Assembly (NCBI GenBank): GCA_964409035.1
Contig: CAYPBQ010000003.1
Location: forward strand, 41,530-105,529
Length of the DNA stretch: 64,000 bases
Source: an uncultured Candidatus Saccharibacteria bacterium
GTDB taxonomy: Bacteria > Patescibacteriota > Minisyncoccia > Phycocordibacterales > UBA12088
Direction of reading: 5' to 3'
Shown here piece after piece: positions 49,475 to 59,413 of this stretch (position 1 is the stretch's first letter; every line of letters starts with the position of its first letter). Position numbers and translations under genes: made by a program. The notes under the pieces were generated by a model that was not told the origin of the DNA, did not search any database, and worked only from the letters and a program-made list of their open reading frames with translations.

Positions 49475-50510
49475 ACAATTCGGACGACTCTTTGCTAATG
49501 ACATAGGTATCGACTTAGGAACTGCTAATACCCTTGTTTATGTAAAAGGAAAGGGAGTGGTCCTCAATGAGCCTACCGTTGTTGCGATTAATACAAAGAC
49601 CGGTCAAGTGGTTGCGGTGGGTAAGCAAGCTCGTGACATGCTTGGCAGAACACCCGCACACATTCAGGCGGTACGGCCTCTTGTTGATGGGGTGATTTCT
49701 GATTTTGAAATCACCGAAGAAATGCTTTCGTATCTAATTAATAAAGCACAGGGTGATAAGAAAAGATTGCTAGGTCCACGAGTGGTTATTGGTGTGCCAA
49801 GCGGTATTACCAATGTAGAGACTCGCGCGGTAAGAGACGCTGCAAAGAGTGCCGGCGCTCGTGAGGTGCATATAGTAGAAGAGCCGATGGCGGCTGCAAT
49901 CGGTATTAAGCTACCAATCCGCGCCCCTATTGGAAGCATGATAATAGATATCGGTGGAGGAACAACAGATATAGCGGTGATTGCACTTGGCGGCATAGTA
50001 AAGAGTAAGAACCTACACATTGCCGGAGACAAGCTCGATACAGATATCATGTCATATATTCGTGGAGAGTTTAAAATTCTTATCGGAGAGAAAACCGCAG
50101 AAGAATTAAAACGAGCAGTGTGTTCAGTTGAAGAGGGTGGCGCACCACTTGAGAAACCAGTACGTGGTCGCGATCTTATAACTGGACTTCCACGAGAAGT
50201 AATTATTACTGACGCGGATATTCGAGAAGCTATCTCACATTCTGTTGATACTCTTGTTGACGGTATAAAAGAAGTACTTGAGACAACACCACCTGAAGTA
50301 CTTTCAGATGTGATGCAGCGTGGAGTACACCTTACTGGTGGGGGAGCATTGATTCGCGGGTTACCCGAAATGCTCGCTCAAATACTTAAGATGCCTATTT
50401 ACGTTGCGAGCGAACCGCTTACTGCAGTAGTGCGTGGCACCGGGATTATTCTTGAAGATATTGCCGCGTACACAGACGTATTACTAACCGATGAAGATGA
50501 ACTTTCGTAG
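49458..50510 (+). CDS. mreB: Actin-like rod-shape protein MreB (paralog 2), first gene of mreBCD-mrdA
   Basis: 'IGIDLGTANTLVYV', 'MIIDIGGGTTDIAVIALGG', 'VHLTGGGALIRG'. Confidence 0.9.
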   Translation: MKKWHEQFGRLFANDIGIDLGTANTLVYVKGKGVVLNEPTVVAINTKTGQVVAVGKQARDMLGRTPAHIQAVRPLVDGVISDFEITEEMLSYLINKAQGDKKRLLGPRVVIGVPSGITNVETRAVRDAAKSAGAREVHIVEEPMAAAIGIKLPIRAPIGSMIIDIGGGTTDIAVIALGGIVKSKNLHIAGDKLDTDIMSYIRGEFKILIGEKTAEELKRAVCSVEEGGAPLEKPVRGRDLITGLPREVIITDADIREAISHSVDTLVDGIKEVLETTPPEVLSDVMQRGVHLTGGGALIRGLPEMLAQILKMPIYVASEPLTAVVRGTGIILEDIAAYTDVLLTDEDELS

Positions 50511-51387
50511 AACATCACAGAAGAAAACATCAAGAACCAGGATACTGCTAGGTGTTCTATTTTTTCTTATTATTACGATTGTCCTTTTTAAGCCTACCGT
50601 ACCAGCATTTGTTGTTAGCTCTGTACACTTTGTCGCGACCCCTCTTATGGTAGGTACTCCGGCACTACACAGTGTTTCCGATACTGTTTCAAGTATATTT
50701 CACTCAAAAAAAGCATTACTCCAAAGAGTAGAAACTCTTGAACGTGAGCTACTCGAAAATGAATTGCGTAGTAAGACCGCGGAGGTTATTGAACAAAATT
50801 ACGAAACCCTTGGTGCGCTCATGGCGCGATCTCTGAATGAACATCTTATTGTTGCATCAGTACTATTGCGTCCTCCCCAAACAATATACGACACGCTCAT
50901 TATAGACGCAGGAAGTACAAATGGGGTAAAGAAGGACATGCTCGTACAATCAAGCGAAGGGGTTGTGCTCGGTACGGTAGTTAATGTATTTGATACTACA
51001 TCTGTTATTGAGCTGTTTTCATCACATGGTAGAGAAACGGTTGTTCATATAGGTAAGGAGCAAATTGAAATGATCGCTAAAGGTAGAGGGGGAGGTAATT
51101 TTGAGGCTGAAGCGCCCCGCACTATTCCTATAGCAGAGGGTGATATTGTGGTGCTTCCTGGATTTTCACCTAAGACATTTGCGGTGGTAGAGGAGATAAT
51201 CATGCGCCCATCTGATGCATTTCAGCGCATCCTATTCAAGAATCCAAGTAATCTTTTTGAAATTAGAATGGTAGGAGTAATAGATGAGGTGACTAAGCAG
51301 CCCCATGACGACCTGCCAGGCGTTGTTATAGATGAGAGTGTTTCAAGTACCACGTCTGAATATGCAACAAGCACAAGTAATCAATAG
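50491..51387 (+). CDS. mreC: Rod shape-determining protein MreC
   Basis: N-terminal TM, coiled coil 'LERELLENELRS', beta-rich C-domain; position after mreB. Confidence 0.75.
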   Translation: MKMNFRRTSQKKTSRTRILLGVLFFLIITIVLFKPTVPAFVVSSVHFVATPLMVGTPALHSVSDTVSSIFHSKKALLQRVETLERELLENELRSKTAEVIEQNYETLGALMARSLNEHLIVASVLLRPPQTIYDTLIIDAGSTNGVKKDMLVQSSEGVVLGTVVNVFDTTSVIELFSSHGRETVVHIGKEQIEMIAKGRGGGNFEAEAPRTIPIAEGDIVVLPGFSPKTFAVVEEIIMRPSDAFQRILFKNPSNLFEIRMVGVIDEVTKQPHDDLPGVVIDESVSSTTSEYATSTSNQ

Positions 51388-51399
51388 TAAGATTCACGT

Positions 51400-51657
51400 A
51401 TGATTCGCATTGCGGCTCTTATTGTGGTTGTCATCTCTTTTCTTACGTTTCCATTTTGGATTACGTTACTAGTCGGTGTTGGGTATACACTCTATTACCA
51501 ATCTCCAGAAGTCATGGCGGTAGGAATTTTTTTTGATGCGCTTACTATTACTGGTGATGGGGTGCATGGGTTCACATTCTTCTTCACTATCATATTTGCA
51601 ATTACCTACTTTCTTACGCTGCTATTGCGTGAGAGATTTGTTGGTTATACATCGTAA
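51400..51657 (+). CDS. mreD: MreD-like small membrane protein
   Basis: 85-aa, 3 TM helices, position between mreC and mrdA. Confidence 0.5.
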   Translation: MIRIAALIVVVISFLTFPFWITLLVGVGYTLYYQSPEVMAVGIFFDALTITGDGVHGFTFFFTIIFAITYFLTLLLRERFVGYTS

Positions 51658-51659
51658 TC

Positions 51660-53336
51660 ATGAAAAGCAATAAGAAAAATAGCACATATTCTGATATTGC
51701 TCCTGATGAGATATTCATTGATGCAAGCAATTTGCCACTGTTTGATACGTATCAATTTGAGGGAAATATTGAAAAACCGATACGAAAGCAATCGCTCTAC
51801 TATTTTGGCGCGGTGGCGATTCTTATACTGCTCGCATTTATTGGTAAGGCAGGAATGCTACAAATTGCAAAAGGCGAAGAGTACCTATCTATTGCAGAAC
51901 AAAATCGTCTGGATAAATCAATTATCTTTGCTGACCGTGGTGTACTCTATGATAGAAATAATGTGCTTCTTGCGTGGAATGAAGCAGGTAGCGATGAGTA
52001 TGCAGTACGTACGTATACTAACCTTGCAGGTTTTTCCCATGTGCTTGGTTATGTTACGTCTCCAAAAAAGGATAAGTATGGAGAATTTTTTAAATATACG
52101 TATGACGGAGTCGCGGGTGCTGAGCGACTTTACAATGATCAGCTCTTAGGAGAAAACGGACTCACGTTATTTGAGACAAACGCACAAGGGGAGCGTGAAT
52201 CTGAATATTCTGTAGCGCCGCCAAAAGACGGCACCAATCTAGTCCTATCTATTGATAGCAGGTTACAGGAGAAGCTACACTCACTGATTGAATACACTGC
52301 TAGCGAGCGTGGGTTTAGTGGAGGAGCAGGAGTCATCATGGATGTGACCACAGGAGAAATACTCTCATTGGTAAGTTACCCTGAGTACAGTAGCAATGCT
52401 CTTTCAACAGGTGATACAAAGAGTATCCAATCACTACTTGATAATGAGCAAAAGCCATTTCTCAATAGAGCAATTTCAGGATTGTACGCACCAGGATCGA
52501 TTGTAAAACCATATATGGCAGCAGCTGCTTTAACTGAAGGCACGATCACAGCAAATACCGTGGTGCATAGTACTGGTAAATTGATTATTCCTAATCCGTA
52601 TTTTCCCGATCAACCTACCGTATATTCAGACTGGGGTGTTCCAGCGCATGGTGACAACGAGGTAACTCGTGCACTGGCTATATCATCGAATGTCTTTTTT
52701 CTTTCTGTGGGAGGTGGCGCTAATGGAATTACTGGTCTGGGTATAGAACGAATTGAAAAGTATGTCAGAATGTTCGGCTTCGGCTCTCCTGCTGGTTTGC
52801 CACTTTCTGAAGAGGTGAGCGGCACAATACCATCACCGGCATGGAAGAAAGAAGCTTTCGACTCCGAGTGGCGACTTGGTGATACGTATCTTACATCTAT
52901 TGGACAATATGGATTTCAAGTATCCCCACTCCAAGTTGCGCGAGCGGTAGGTGGTGTTGCCTCTGGTACATTAGTGACACCAGTACTAATAAAAGGAAGC
53001 ACAAGCGCAAGTAGTACGTTACCTATTTCAGAAAATGACTTTGCATTGGTACGTAAGGGTATGCGAAGAGCGGTACTAGAAGGAACTGCGGGTGGATTAA
53101 ATGTTCCGTACGTTGCCGTTGCCGCAAAAACAGGTACTGCAGAGCTTGGTGTATCAAAAGCAAATGTTAATTCATGGGTGACTGGGTTCTTTCCGTATGA
53201 AAAACCTCGATATGCCTTTGTTGTACTCATGGAGAGGGGTCCACGCTCAAATACTATTGGAGGAGTGTATGTGATGCGCGGTCTACTAGACTGGATGCAC
53301 ATAAATACACCTGAATATTTTGTTGCTGAGCCTTGA
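51660..53336 (+). CDS. mrdA: Penicillin-binding protein 2 (elongasome transpeptidase)
   Basis: 'GSIVKP' SxxK, 'SSN', 'KTGTA' transpeptidase motifs. Confidence 0.85.
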   Translation: MKSNKKNSTYSDIAPDEIFIDASNLPLFDTYQFEGNIEKPIRKQSLYYFGAVAILILLAFIGKAGMLQIAKGEEYLSIAEQNRLDKSIIFADRGVLYDRNNVLLAWNEAGSDEYAVRTYTNLAGFSHVLGYVTSPKKDKYGEFFKYTYDGVAGAERLYNDQLLGENGLTLFETNAQGERESEYSVAPPKDGTNLVLSIDSRLQEKLHSLIEYTASERGFSGGAGVIMDVTTGEILSLVSYPEYSSNALSTGDTKSIQSLLDNEQKPFLNRAISGLYAPGSIVKPYMAAAALTEGTITANTVVHSTGKLIIPNPYFPDQPTVYSDWGVPAHGDNEVTRALAISSNVFFLSVGGGANGITGLGIERIEKYVRMFGFGSPAGLPLSEEVSGTIPSPAWKKEAFDSEWRLGDTYLTSIGQYGFQVSPLQVARAVGGVASGTLVTPVLIKGSTSASSTLPISENDFALVRKGMRRAVLEGTAGGLNVPYVAVAAKTGTAELGVSKANVNSWVTGFFPYEKPRYAFVVLMERGPRSNTIGGVYVMRGLLDWMHINTPEYFVAEP

Positions 53337-53400
53337 AATGTGTGCCATTGCTCTGATTTCTAAATACGGTATACTATTCACCACAACTATTACATAACAT

Positions 53401-53862
53401 ATGAAGCAAGAATATCTTTCACAAGAAAAATTTGATGAGCTGAAAAGCGAGCTAGATTACCTTAAAACGGTAAAACGAAAGGAGATCGCGGACAACCTCG
53501 AGTATGCAAGATCGCTTGGTGACCTTTCTGAAAACGCCGAGTATCAAGAGGCGCGCGAGCTACAAGCTTCAACTGAAGAGCGAATAAAAAAGATTGAAAG
53601 CATTCTCCAAAATGCACGCATTGTCTCACATACCAAAACTGACTCAGTTACTCTTGGCTCTGTTGTAACCATACAAAAAGACGGAGAGAAAGAAACCCAC
53701 CGCTATGAAATAGTAGGGAGTGAGGAGGCAAATATGATTGAAAGAAAGATATCTCACCAGTCACCACTTGGTGATGCACTCATGGGTAAAAAGAAGAAAG
53801 ATGCATTTGAATTTGAAACACCAAACGGCAAAATGAAGTATCGAATTGTGGATGTTGAATAA
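53401..53862 (+). CDS. greA: Transcription elongation factor GreA
   Basis: 'LSENAEYQEARE' acidic-finger tip; coiled-coil N-domain + FKBP-like C-domain. Confidence 0.9.
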   Translation: MKQEYLSQEKFDELKSELDYLKTVKRKEIADNLEYARSLGDLSENAEYQEARELQASTEERIKKIESILQNARIVSHTKTDSVTLGSVVTIQKDGEKETHRYEIVGSEEANMIERKISHQSPLGDALMGKKKKDAFEFETPNGKMKYRIVDVE

Positions 53863-53921
53863 TATTGACATTCTAGAGTATTGTTGTATGCTCCACTGAG
53901 CAAAAGAATGGGGGTGCTTGC

Positions 53922-54395
53922 ATGGAAAATCCGCTTGGGTTAGTGCTTGACTCTTCAATCCATCTAGAATTAAGGGATGGAAGAAGAAAGTGGGATCGAC
54001 CCACCTGGAGAAGATATGCAAATAGAACATTCAAAATATCTTTTCCTGAGATAGAACATAGGACCAATTGCAAGAATAAAAGCATTACTTTGTCACTATA
54101 CAAGCCGCAACCATCATCTAGGCCGTTCCGTGTAAATGCCCTAAAAAAGAACTTTGCATCTTTGAAGTATCTTCATTCCACGACTCTAGAGCTCGCACTG
54201 GAGTCATTGTTTGAAGATGTCATACCACGTCAGGATGGCGCACTCAAAACGGAATTTGTTTATGTTATCTTTGCATTTAACAGAGGTAACAGAACTATTC
54301 CGGTAAGTATTTCATGGAATAGAAAATGGAGTGTTGGAATAATGGCATTCTCTGATTGGTGTGCTGCTTCCACGATGTTGATGGTGCTCAAATGA
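53922..54395 (+). CDS. Hypothetical basic, Trp/Arg-rich protein (157 aa), or non-coding region; see findings
   Basis: ORF ends inside loop of strong terminator; composition atypical for this genome. Confidence 0.25.
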   Translation: MENPLGLVLDSSIHLELRDGRRKWDRPTWRRYANRTFKISFPEIEHRTNCKNKSITLSLYKPQPSSRPFRVNALKKNFASLKYLHSTTLELALESLFEDVIPRQDGALKTEFVYVIFAFNRGNRTIPVSISWNRKWSVGIMAFSDWCAASTMLMVLK

Positions 54396-54410
54396 GCACC
54401 ATCTTTTTTT
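54380..54410 (+). terminator. Strong rho-independent terminator
   Basis: 'GATGGTGCTCAAATGAGCACCATCTTTTTTT'. Confidence 0.85.
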
Positions 54411-54447
54411 ATTGAAAAAAGCCTAGATATTGATACGATAGGGATAC

Positions 54448-55911
54448 ATGGCATCTATAGACGACATTCGCGCTGAGCGCATAAAAAAGCTAGACCTACT
54501 TCAAGCGGCAGGTATGGACGCGTATCCCGCAACCACAAACCGTACTCATAGTATTAGCACCATTCGTACAGCATTTGATGACTTCTCACACTCAAGTAGC
54601 GAAGTCACCCTCGTCGGGAGAGTGCGTTCATTCAGACAGCACGGGGGAGTTATATTTGCAGATATTTTTGATGGCACGGCAACCATTCAGGTTATTTTTA
54701 AAAAAGACACAATTGGTGATGAGTTGTTTACACTGCTTATTGATGCGGTAGATGCAAGTGATTTTATTGAGGTTACCGGTACTATCGCGCTTTCTAAAAC
54801 AAATCAAGAATCAATTCTTGCTAGCACATGGCGCATGCTCGCAAAAAGTATTCGTCCAGTTCCTGATGAGTGGTTTGGTATTAAAGATGAGGATGAACGG
54901 TACCGAAAGCGTTACCTTGATATGCTGCTTAATGAAGATACACGAGCAATTGTTTACAAGCGAGCATTGTTTTGGAAAACTATCAGAAACTTTTTAGAGG
55001 AGCGAGAGTACATCGCAGTAGAGACTCCCGTCCTTGAGAATACTACAGGCGGAGCTGATGCACGACCGTTTGTTACTCACCACAATGCGCTTGATATGGA
55101 TGTATATCTACGCATCTCTGCGGGGGAGTTGTGGCAGAAAAAGCTAATGGTAGCTGGTATACCAAAAGTGTACGAAATAGGAAGAATTTTTAGGAATGAA
55201 GGCATGTCTGCCGAGCATCTTCAAGACTATACCCAGATGGAGTGCTATGAGGCGTACAGTGACTATCACAAGGGCATGGAGATGATTAAAGAGATGTATC
55301 AAAGAATCGCAAAGGATGTATTTGGGACAAGTATATTTACAATTCATGGACACACAGTAAATCTAGAGAGTGAGTGGACTACCTATAATTTTTGCGATCT
55401 CATAAAAGAGCACTACAGCATTGATCCACTCGCTACCACTGTAGAGGCAGTAGAAGAAGCGCTCACAAAGAACAATATCTCTTATGAAAAGAAAGAGATA
55501 AGTATAGAGCGAGGTGTTGATCTGCTTTGGAAAAAAATTCGAAAAGAGATTACTGGACCTGGATTTTTAATTGGTATACCTGTTTACCTTGAGCCGCTAG
55601 CAAAAAAATCTTCAGACGATGCACGTGTTGTTGAACGATTTCAAATAGTACTTGCGGGTAGCGAAGTAGGTAAGGGGTTTTCAGAACTTAATAACCCTAT
55701 TGATCAAGCAGAGCGTTTTGCGCAACAACAAGCTCTACGAGATAACGGAGATGGCGAGGCACAGATGGCCGATTGGGAATATGTTGAAGCGATGGAGTAT
55801 GGTATGCCACCAACATTTGGCTTTGGAGTGAGCGAACGACTCTTTGCGTTTTTGATGGATAAGCCTGTTCGTGAGACGCAGCTCTTTCCTTTAATGCGAC
55901 CAAGAGAATAA
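54448..55911 (+). CDS. lysS: Lysine--tRNA ligase (class II)
   Basis: OB-fold N-domain; 'RYLDM', 'EIGRIFRNEG', 'EFTQME'-like 'DYTQMECYEAY', 'GFGVSERL'. Confidence 0.9.
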   Translation: MASIDDIRAERIKKLDLLQAAGMDAYPATTNRTHSISTIRTAFDDFSHSSSEVTLVGRVRSFRQHGGVIFADIFDGTATIQVIFKKDTIGDELFTLLIDAVDASDFIEVTGTIALSKTNQESILASTWRMLAKSIRPVPDEWFGIKDEDERYRKRYLDMLLNEDTRAIVYKRALFWKTIRNFLEEREYIAVETPVLENTTGGADARPFVTHHNALDMDVYLRISAGELWQKKLMVAGIPKVYEIGRIFRNEGMSAEHLQDYTQMECYEAYSDYHKGMEMIKEMYQRIAKDVFGTSIFTIHGHTVNLESEWTTYNFCDLIKEHYSIDPLATTVEAVEEALTKNNISYEKKEISIERGVDLLWKKIRKEITGPGFLIGIPVYLEPLAKKSSDDARVVERFQIVLAGSEVGKGFSELNNPIDQAERFAQQQALRDNGDGEAQMADWEYVEAMEYGMPPTFGFGVSERLFAFLMDKPVRETQLFPLMRPRE

Positions 55912-55938
55912 ACACTCATAACGCTTTCTTTTGACAAC

Positions 55939-55965
55939 ACACCCCGAACATTGCGGGGTGTTTTG
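55939..55965 (+). terminator. Rho-independent terminator after lysS
   Basis: 'ACACCCCGAACATTGCGGGGTGTTTTG'. Confidence 0.8.
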
Positions 55966-55987
55966 TTGTGGATAACATTTACCAGCA

Positions 55988-56032
55988 AGTGGGATAAAGT
56001 GTTGTATTATACATGAGCAGTGGGATAAAGTG
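55988..56032 (+). promoter_or_regulatory. Direct repeats upstream of mraZ (candidate MraZ operator)
   Basis: 'AGTGGGATAAAGTG' occurs twice (55988-56001, 56019-56032), 31-bp period, 15 nt before mraZ ATG. Confidence 0.5.
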
Positions 56033-56046
56033 GTATATCGAGAAAC

Positions 56047-56481
56047 ATGCTGATAGGAGAATACATTCACACACTCGACCCCAAAAAGCGTTTATCGCTC
56101 CCTGCTAAGTTTAGAAAAGAACTTGGAAAAGGAGTGGTAGTAACAAGAGGGCTCGATCACTGCTTGTGGGTGTACTCAACTAAAGAGTGGCATGCGATAG
56201 CTACACGACTTGCTGCACTGCCTATAGGGCAGGCTGATACAAGAGGGTTTGCACGGTTTATGTTTTCGGGTGCTACCGAGGTAGACATAGACAGTGCAGG
56301 GAGAATGCTCATTCCTGACTTTCTCAAAACATTTGCGGGCCTAGAGAGCAAGGTAGTACTTGCAGGTGCGCAAACACGAATCGAGATATGGAACGAAGCA
56401 TCGTGGGAAGAGTACAAAAAGCGTATCGAATCTCAAGCGGATGTAATGGCAGAAAAACTTGGTGAGATAGGCATTGTATGA
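56047..56481 (+). CDS. mraZ: Transcriptional regulator MraZ
   Basis: Duplicated MraZ/SpoVT-AbrB fold; 'LDPKKRLSLP' and second-half 'DSAGRMLIPDFL'. Confidence 0.9.
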   Translation: MLIGEYIHTLDPKKRLSLPAKFRKELGKGVVVTRGLDHCLWVYSTKEWHAIATRLAALPIGQADTRGFARFMFSGATEVDIDSAGRMLIPDFLKTFAGLESKVVLAGAQTRIEIWNEASWEEYKKRIESQADVMAEKLGEIGIV

Positions 56482-57374
56482 CCACCCACATTCCAGTTCT
56501 TCGTAATGAAGTAATAGAAGCGCTACTCATCAATGACACTGATGTTGTGGTAGATGCTACCCTTGGCGGAGCCGGATATGCCAAAGAGATAGTTGGCAAA
56601 CTCTCTGACAAAGGCGTGCTTGTCGGCATTGATGCTGATGCACACGCAATTGCTCGCGCGCAAAAAGCGCTACAAGGAACAGCAGCAACCACCTATCTTG
56701 TTAACACTAATTTTAGACACATTGGTGTAGTACTTGATGAGCTTCACGTTGGCACGGCAAATAAATTTGTCTTTGATCTGGGGCTATCATCATATCAACT
56801 TGATGATGGAGACAGAGGGTTTACCTTTCAAAAGGATGAACCGCTTATCATGACATTTGCCACCGAGACACTACCTCATGAAAGGACCGCACGAGACATT
56901 GTAAATGAGGATACTGTTGAGGCGCTCACCACCATGCTCTTTACGTATGGAGATGAAAAGTACGCTCGACGAATCGCAAAAGCGATTGTAGAGCAACGTG
57001 AAATAGCACCAATAGAAACTACCGGTGATTTGGTAGCGATTATTGAAAAGGCGGTTCCTGTTGTGTACAAAAAGCAGCGCACACATCCAGCCACGCGGAC
57101 ATTTCAGGCACTAAGAATTGCAGTTAATGAAGAATACGATGCGCTTACAGAGGCGCTCACAACAGCAATACAGAGACTAGCAAGTAAAGGAAGAATAGCA
57201 GTTGTAAGCTTTCATAGCGGAGAAGACAGAATTGTAAAAACGATTTTTCGGGAGGCGGCACAAATGGGTAGTGGGGTGCGTGTAACTAAAAAGCCAATTG
57301 TGCCGCGCCCCGAGGAAATCGAATACAATCCTCGTTCAAGAAGCGCAAAGTTAAGAGTATTTGAAGCACTATGA
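56478..57374 (+). CDS. rsmH: 16S rRNA (cytosine1402-N4)-methyltransferase
   Basis: 'HIPVLRNEV', 'DATLGGAGYAKEI', 'VVSFHSGEDRIVK'. Confidence 0.9.
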   Translation: MTTHIPVLRNEVIEALLINDTDVVVDATLGGAGYAKEIVGKLSDKGVLVGIDADAHAIARAQKALQGTAATTYLVNTNFRHIGVVLDELHVGTANKFVFDLGLSSYQLDDGDRGFTFQKDEPLIMTFATETLPHERTARDIVNEDTVEALTTMLFTYGDEKYARRIAKAIVEQREIAPIETTGDLVAIIEKAVPVVYKKQRTHPATRTFQALRIAVNEEYDALTEALTTAIQRLASKGRIAVVSFHSGEDRIVKTIFREAAQMGSGVRVTKKPIVPRPEEIEYNPRSRSAKLRVFEAL

Positions 57375-57682
57375 ATAGACGAGTAACATCATTATTTTTA
57401 TACACAGACGAAAAGGCGGTATACACCTCTTTGGTGCTTTGCCTTATGTGCTTTTTTGCATACATTTATTTTGTAAGTGTATCTATTGTTGAGGTGGTAA
57501 TGCGCGAAGAGTTGGTAGAAAAGGTAGGAGAGGTTGCAACGGGTATTTCAGTACGTGAATCAGAGTATATCTCTCTTAAAGCTTCTATTAATGAAGTAGA
57601 AATGGAGAGGATGGGACTTGCATCACTTTCAGGAAAGACATATGTCACTGTACCAGTGGCGTCACTGTCACTTAATCAGTAA
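57371..57682 (+). CDS. ftsL: FtsL-like cell-division membrane protein
   Basis: Single TM + short coiled coil; position between rsmH and ftsI. Confidence 0.5.
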   Translation: MNRRVTSLFLYTDEKAVYTSLVLCLMCFFAYIYFVSVSIVEVVMREELVEKVGEVATGISVRESEYISLKASINEVEMERMGLASLSGKTYVTVPVASLSLNQ

Positions 57683-57692
57683 TTAGTGTGAC

Positions 57693-59405
57693 ATGAGAAG
57701 AGTGTTTTTGGTGAGAGTTCGCATTATACTCGTCTGTGTCATAGTGTTTGCACTTTTGATAATTGGAAGACTCTACCATGTGCAGATTATAAAAGGAGAA
57801 GAATACACCGATCGTGCCGAGCGCCAATATCTGCGCCCAGGCAAAAATTTGTTTGATAGAGGTTCCATCTTTTTTACCAACAAAGATGGAAGCGAGGTAT
57901 CTGCTGCTACTATAAAACGAGGATTTAGTATTGCACTTGATCCACGCGCGCTAGAGCATCCTGACGAGGCGTATTATATGCTCAAAGACTACCTTCCGCT
58001 TGATGAAGAAGGCTTTTTAACCAGCGCAGCAAAGCGAAATGATGCCTATGAAGAAATAGCTCATAAAGTAGAAGCTGATATTGGCAGCAAGATCAAAGAG
58101 CGAAAGGTGGATGGGGTTAATGTAATACGAGAACAGTGGCGATACTATCCTGGCAATTCACTTGCATCGCATGTTGTTGGCTTTGTTGGTTATGATGGTG
58201 ACAATCGAGTGGGTATGTATGGATTGGAGAGAAAATTTAATGACGTACTTACCAGAGACGGTAAGGGTGCCTCTCTTAACTTTTTTGCTGAACTATTTAC
58301 CTCATTAGGAGAAACGTTGTTTGAGTCAGATACCGAGCGAGACGGTGATTTAGTACTTACCATCGAACCTACAGTACAACTTACACTTGAAGATACGCTA
58401 CACGATATTAAAGAAGAGTGGGGATCAAAGACAATCGGTGGCATCATCATAAATCCAAAGACAGGAGAAATATATGCAATGGCAGCGTACCCCACGTATA
58501 ACCTCAACGAATACGGTGCAGTAGATGATCCAGTTGTTTATAAAAACCCATTGGTTGAAAATGTGTACGAGATGGGATCTATTATCAAGCCACTTACCAT
58601 GGCGGCTGGTATTGATGCGGGTGCGGTAGCTCCTACAACTACCTACTATGATGGCGGTACGCTCACGCTTGACGGCTATACTATTTCAAACTTTGACGGA
58701 AAGGGAAGAGGTACCGTGAGTATGCAAGAAGTGTTAAGTCAATCACTTAACACTGGTGTTGCATACGTGGTTGATAAAATGGGACATGAAGCATTTAAAC
58801 GCTACATGCTAGGCTACGGACTTGGTACCACAACCGGTATAGACCTTCCTAATGAATCTTCAGGCATTATCACCAATCTTACCTCGCCAAGGTCAATCGA
58901 GTACGCCACCGCATCATTTGGACAGGGTATTGCGCTTACCCCCATTCAAACTGTTTCTGCGCTTTCTGTGCTTGCTAATGGAGGTACTCGTATTACCCCT
59001 CATGTGGTAAAGGCAATAGACTACAAAGCCTTTCCCACGATGGAAACAACCCCAAAAACAGGTGAACAAGTACTCTCCCTTAGTACCAGTCTCACTATTT
59101 CGCGCATGCTAGTTGAGGTGGTAGACAAAGCACTACGAAACGGCGAGGTAAAAAAAGAGCACTATAGTATAGCGGCAAAAACCGGTACCGCGCAGATTGC
59201 CAAGTCTGGAGCTCGCGGCTACTATGACGACAGGTACCTTCATTCATTCTTTGGATACTTTCCTGCCTATGATCCTACATTTCTGGTATTCTTATTCCAT
59301 ACAGAGCCAGTTGGCGCCAGGTATTCATCAGAAACCCTTACAAAACCATTTATTGACCTTACTGACTTTCTCATTAATTACTACGAAGTGCCACCAGATA
59401 GGTAA
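57693..59405 (+). CDS. ftsI: Penicillin-binding protein (FtsI/PBP3-type divisome transpeptidase)
   Basis: 'GSIIKP' SxxK, 'SLN', 'KTGTA'; dcw cluster position. Confidence 0.85.
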   Translation: MRRVFLVRVRIILVCVIVFALLIIGRLYHVQIIKGEEYTDRAERQYLRPGKNLFDRGSIFFTNKDGSEVSAATIKRGFSIALDPRALEHPDEAYYMLKDYLPLDEEGFLTSAAKRNDAYEEIAHKVEADIGSKIKERKVDGVNVIREQWRYYPGNSLASHVVGFVGYDGDNRVGMYGLERKFNDVLTRDGKGASLNFFAELFTSLGETLFESDTERDGDLVLTIEPTVQLTLEDTLHDIKEEWGSKTIGGIIINPKTGEIYAMAAYPTYNLNEYGAVDDPVVYKNPLVENVYEMGSIIKPLTMAAGIDAGAVAPTTTYYDGGTLTLDGYTISNFDGKGRGTVSMQEVLSQSLNTGVAYVVDKMGHEAFKRYMLGYGLGTTTGIDLPNESSGIITNLTSPRSIEYATASFGQGIALTPIQTVSALSVLANGGTRITPHVVKAIDYKAFPTMETTPKTGEQVLSLSTSLTISRMLVEVVDKALRNGEVKKEHYSIAAKTGTAQIAKSGARGYYDDRYLHSFFGYFPAYDPTFLVFLFHTEPVGARYSSETLTKPFIDLTDFLINYYEVPPDR

Positions 59406-59413
59406 TTCACTAT

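Noticed and set aside
53863-54447. RNase P RNA or tmRNA in the greA-lysS spacer
   Set aside because: The near-match 'GGAAAATCCGCTTGGG' lacks the invariant CCGGGC of P4, and no ACAGAACCCGGC 3' strand was found. No tRNA-like GGTTCGANTCC acceptor/T-arm is present at the 3' end for tmRNA.
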